From: an uncultured Chloroflexia bacterium
GTDB taxonomy: Bacteria; Chloroflexota; Limnocylindria; Limnocylindrales; CSP1-4
Reading direction: 5' to 3'
Assembly: GCA_963748625.1 (NCBI GenBank)
Contig: CAVVJT010000003.1
Span: 270,952-334,951 of the forward strand
DNA: 64,000 nucleotides
The position numbers and the translations under genes were made by a program. This document shows positions 60,245-64,000 of this stretch, in pieces. The notes beneath the pieces were generated by a model that saw only the letters and a list, made by a program, of their open reading frames with translations, was not told where the DNA came from and did no database searches. Numbering within the stretch: position 1 is the first letter of the stretch; each line of letters starts with the position of its first letter.

Positions 60245-61812
60245 CTACGGAACGTAGCATCCAGGCGGAAGGTCCTCGCTTACGCACCATTCCGACGTGC
60301 CCGCAATCGTGAACTTCGACTGCCCTACGTCGTTGACAGCTCCTACCACAAGTCCGTAGATGACAACTGCCCGGCCGCGGTCACTCCCGATGGTCGCGTA
60401 CTCGTTCACGATTTCGGGCAAGGGCCAGGTCCACGAGACTGAACCCTTGTTTGCCGGAGCGGTCGCGATCAACCGCTGTGTCCCCTTCGGGAGCGACCTG
60501 CCCTTCATCAAGCAGTCCCCTTGGCCCCCTTCGGCGGGTTGGATGGCGCCGCGAGACACTCGGTGATCCCGATGACCCGGATAGTCGTGCCAGCAGTCCG
60601 CGGGGCCTCCCACGAGAGCGTGACCCGGACGGTGCTGTTGTCCCGGTTCTCCTTGAACTTGACGGCGATGCCCGTTGGCTGCGGCGGTGCTGCCTTGAAC
60701 GAGATCGTCCGGGTCCCGTCCGGCTCGACGGCGAGGTCACCGGCGTCGTCGAAGATCTTGAACGAGAGCGTGAGCGGCTTGCCCAGCGGCGCGCCGATCC
60801 TCCACAAGTCCGCCGTGCAGGCCCACACACCGGCCGCGTCGGGCTTCTTGGCGGTGCAGGCGGCAACCGCATCGCGCGAGCCCCAGGTGATCGCGTACGC
60901 CACCTTGGTGATCTCGACGTCGTCGAGCGTCTTGGTCGCCTTGGCCGAGAGCGTGAGCGTCGCCTTGTCGAGCGTCTTCCCGTCCTTGGGCGCCACCCAG
61001 ACACCCGACAGCACGGGCGGCGGGTCGGTCAGCGAGGGGCTCGGGGTGGCCTGCGCGGTGATTGGGGTGCCGCCGCAGCTGTCGGGGACCGTGAACATCG
61101 AGCCCGCGGCCCAGGGGCCGAGATTGCCGGCGGCATCAATCTCCTTGCCACACAGGGCGTGCCGGACCAGCTCGACCCAAGCCGCCGTGCTGTCACCGGT
61201 CGGCTTGGCGAACGCGAAGTGGAGGTGGTCGATGCCGCCCGAGTGCTGGTTGCAAGAGGTCGCCTCGGAGGCGGGCAGGATGGTCCCGAGCACGGTGGAG
61301 GTCGTGACGGCATCGCCGGCAGCCAGGTCCGCGTCGACAGCCACGTGCAGGTACTCGCTCCACTCCCCGGTGTCGTGAGCGACAACCACGATGTCGCAGT
61401 CCGGATCCGCATTGCGAACGGTCCCGGCCATGACCGGGTACACGGGCGTTCCGGCGGGTACCCACAGGTCGATCGAGGCCTTGGACGTCGCCTGGCCTGT
61501 GAACGTGCTGTCACCGAGGTCGCCACCCCCGTGGACCGTGCCGAAGTTGTCAGCATGGAGGCCCAGTTCCCCGACCTTGACCTCCTGCCCACCGGCGAAC
61601 GGCAGGCCATAGGCAGACGACGGCGCCTCGGCGGCGGGCGGCGCTGGCTCGACCTCGGCGGGCGCCTGGGTCGGCTTGTCAGCCGGTGCCGTTGACGGCG
61701 ACACATCGGAGCCGCCGCACGCGCTCGCCAGGACCGAGATGCTGATGATGGCCACTAGCAGTTGCCGGTGTCCTGTGTTCCGTCGACATCCCCACCGGTT
61801 CCCTACCTCCAT
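60245..61812 (-). CDS. M23 peptidase-like lipoprotein with C-terminal beta domains; frameshift near 60520
   Basis: Lipobox LASAC; SIDL...GTPVYPVMAGTV...SEYLHV...DHLHF; continues in ORF 60245..60613. Confidence 0.75.
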
Positions 61813-61895
61813 GCACGGATGGCCGACTCCGCCACCAACCTCTGCCGGCTAACCCTTCCAGGTCATGCGATCCACGAGGCCATCCCATTGACGAT

Positions 61896-63839
61896 CTACC
61901 TGATCTCCGTCACCACGAACTGGATCCGGCAGAGGAGCGCCCCCTCTGGGCCGGTGATCGTCGTGCGTGGACCATCCGTGAACGGCGTGGTGGTGCACTT
62001 CTCCGAGCCCGGGAAGTCGAACTCGCCCGTGACCCGCACTGTCTTTCCGGCCAAGCCGGCGATGGCCTCCGACGAACGGACGCGCTTCGTCGCCGCGGCG
62101 AAGAAACCGCAGGCCGATCCATCCTCGAACACCAGCCCACTCCCGATCGCGTTGAACCACCACGGGTCGACGGTCGTGAAGTAGTCGACGTCGCACCCCT
62201 CGTGCTCGGTCAGGACCCTTGCCTTGAGGTTGATCGGAACGCCACCAAAGCAGACCAGGACCATGAGCGGCTCGATGGACGCGAGACCGCGCATGGTGGT
62301 CGGGCGCGACGGGCAGGGTGGCTCCACGGCCGCGATCCACGGCTCGCCGGAACGGCTTGCTGCAGCGACCCACCCGGGCGTAGTGGCCGCCCGGCCTGAA
62401 CACGGTGTCGGCGTTGAACAAGCCCAGCGGCGCCACGAGGTACCAGGTGTAGCCCGAGGCCTTCACCGGAGCTGAGAGGACCACGAGCTTCTGTTCTTGG
62501 CGGAGAAGCGGGGTGTACTTGACGAGAGGCGTCGCGATCTCGGGCCGCGACCTGACCCGCAGCGGGTCGTCCGCGACGACCTTGACCAGCGCGGGGTTGG
62601 CGAAGGTGGCCGCGGCCAGCTTGACCGTGCGCGTTCCGTCCGGCGACCTCGTCACGTCCCCGGCGTCGTCGAACACGTCGAAGCTGAAGGTGACCTTGCC
62701 CAGCTTGGCGCCGAGTTTCCTGAGGTCGGCCTTGCACTTCCAGACCTTGCCGGGCTCGCCGTCTTTCGCAGTGCAGGCCCGCACGGGCTCGTTGTCGCCC
62801 CACTGTGCCGTGAACACGACCTTGGTGATCGCGACGTCGGCGAGCCTCGAGGTCGGCCTCGCCGCCAGCGTGACGGTTGCCGACTCGAGCGTGGCGCCGT
62901 CCTCCGGGGCGCGCGCAGGTGCCCCCGAGGACCGGTGGTGGCGGTGTCGGAGACGGGGTCGGGGTGGGCGTCGGGGTGGGCGTGGGCGTGTCGGCGGTGC
63001 CGCTCCCGGTGTATGTGAGCTCGTCGCCGGCGTGGAGCCCCTCGCAGGCGCTCGTCTCGCCCGCCGGCGGCGTGGTGAGGGTCGAGGAGCGCGTGCACGT
63101 GAGCCACGGCTCGGCCTTAGCGGGGGTGCCGCCGTCGGGCGGCGACTTCACCGAGGCCGTGATCGGCCCGAGCGGGTCCTCCGGCAGGGGAATGGTGGCG
63201 GAGACCTGAGAGCTTGCCCGTGGCATCGACGTAGCTCGGGTTCTCATACAGGGCGAGGTGGAGGTGGGGGTCCATATTCGGACACGTCCCGGAGTCGGTC
63301 GCGCTCTTCCACGCGACCCCGCTCCCGCTGCTGCCCGCGGTGCCGATCGGTGTGCCCCCGGGCCACCAGCTGGCCCGGCTTGACCGCGATCTCCGAGAGA
63401 TGGGCATAGAAGGCGGTGACGACCCTGCCATTCGTGAGCCGCTGGTGTCGATGGCGACCGAGTTGCCGTAGCACGACCAGCCCGCTGTGGCGAGGCCGGC
63501 CCAGCGGACGATGCCCGACTCGACGGCCCGGACCATATCCGTCGAGCCGAGATCGAGATCGAGCGCGTAGCGGTCGTCACCACGGTGATTCACGCATCCG
63601 GCGCCGCCGCCCTCCTGATCGTAGGCGCACTGGATCGTGTGGGACGGGGTGGCCGACACGTCCCATGGCAGGACGAGGGAAAGCGCGTCCACCTCCAACG
63701 CGATCGGCGCAGCCTGCGCCGCGGGTGTCGGGGTCGGCGTCGGGGTGGGCGTCGATGTCGAGGGGTCGGGCGGCTGGCATCCGGCCAGGGCGAGCGCCAC
63801 CGCGATGGCCGCCACCCGACCCGCGACACGCACGTCCAC
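61896..63839 (-). CDS. M23 peptidase-like lipoprotein with P/T linkers, shared beta domain and SH3b-like domain; several frameshifts
   Basis: Lipobox LAGC; HRGDDRYALDL, YGNSVAID, FYAHL, V..GQLVARG, PHLHL; PLRVRSRP; GAAGGGG RBS before GTG 63839. Confidence 0.75.
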
Positions 63840-64000
63840 GTCCCCTTCCCGGGTCTGGCCCGTCGGACCGGGGGACGCATACCGGCGCACGGGTGCTTGG
63901 ATCGGATCATAGCGATCTCGCCGGGGCGAGATGCAGCGCTATGGGCTCACGCACTCCCCGACCGTGTCGATGTACCAGACGGTCTTGCTGGCCCCGCGCT

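Overview
High-GC accessory region with no housekeeping, rRNA, tRNA or CRISPR loci. The many Pro/Thr-linker secreted proteins suggest Chloroflexota or Actinomycetota (inference only). Many genes are split by single-base frameshifts, several at G/C runs, most simply read as long-read assembly errors. From left to right: (1) a TolB/PD40 plus Ig-like surface protein with an exact 612-bp tandem repeat; (2) a translationally coupled operon of Ser/Thr kinase, TPR-like protein, HPD-less J-like protein, GrpE, zinc-ribbon Hsp70, BON/LysM membrane protein and zinc-ribbon membrane protein; (3) a VRR-NUC nuclease and serine-resolvase debris; (4) two membrane-anchored ECF sigma/zf-HC2 fusions that share a 1176-bp apparently identical core but have unrelated extracellular C-termini, with five copies of a YGTAAG-N17-CTCA promoter motif upstream of neighbouring genes; (5) an integrative-element-like block (J-protein, FtsK-like ATPase, excisionase-like HTH, soluble FtsH-like protease, att-like repeats); (6) three GGDEF genes, each next to or fused with an unrecognised small domain present in four copies, plus two transposase-free cassettes bounded by a shared ~36-bp inverted repeat, one with a 9-bp flanking direct repeat; (7) a defence-like operon (PD-(D/E)XK, GmrSD-like fusion, CBS-HEPN, SF2 helicase) and a RecB-like exonuclease; (8) IS30/IS21 remnants and two M23 lipoproteins. 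All domain calls come from motif recognition by eye; no searches were run.
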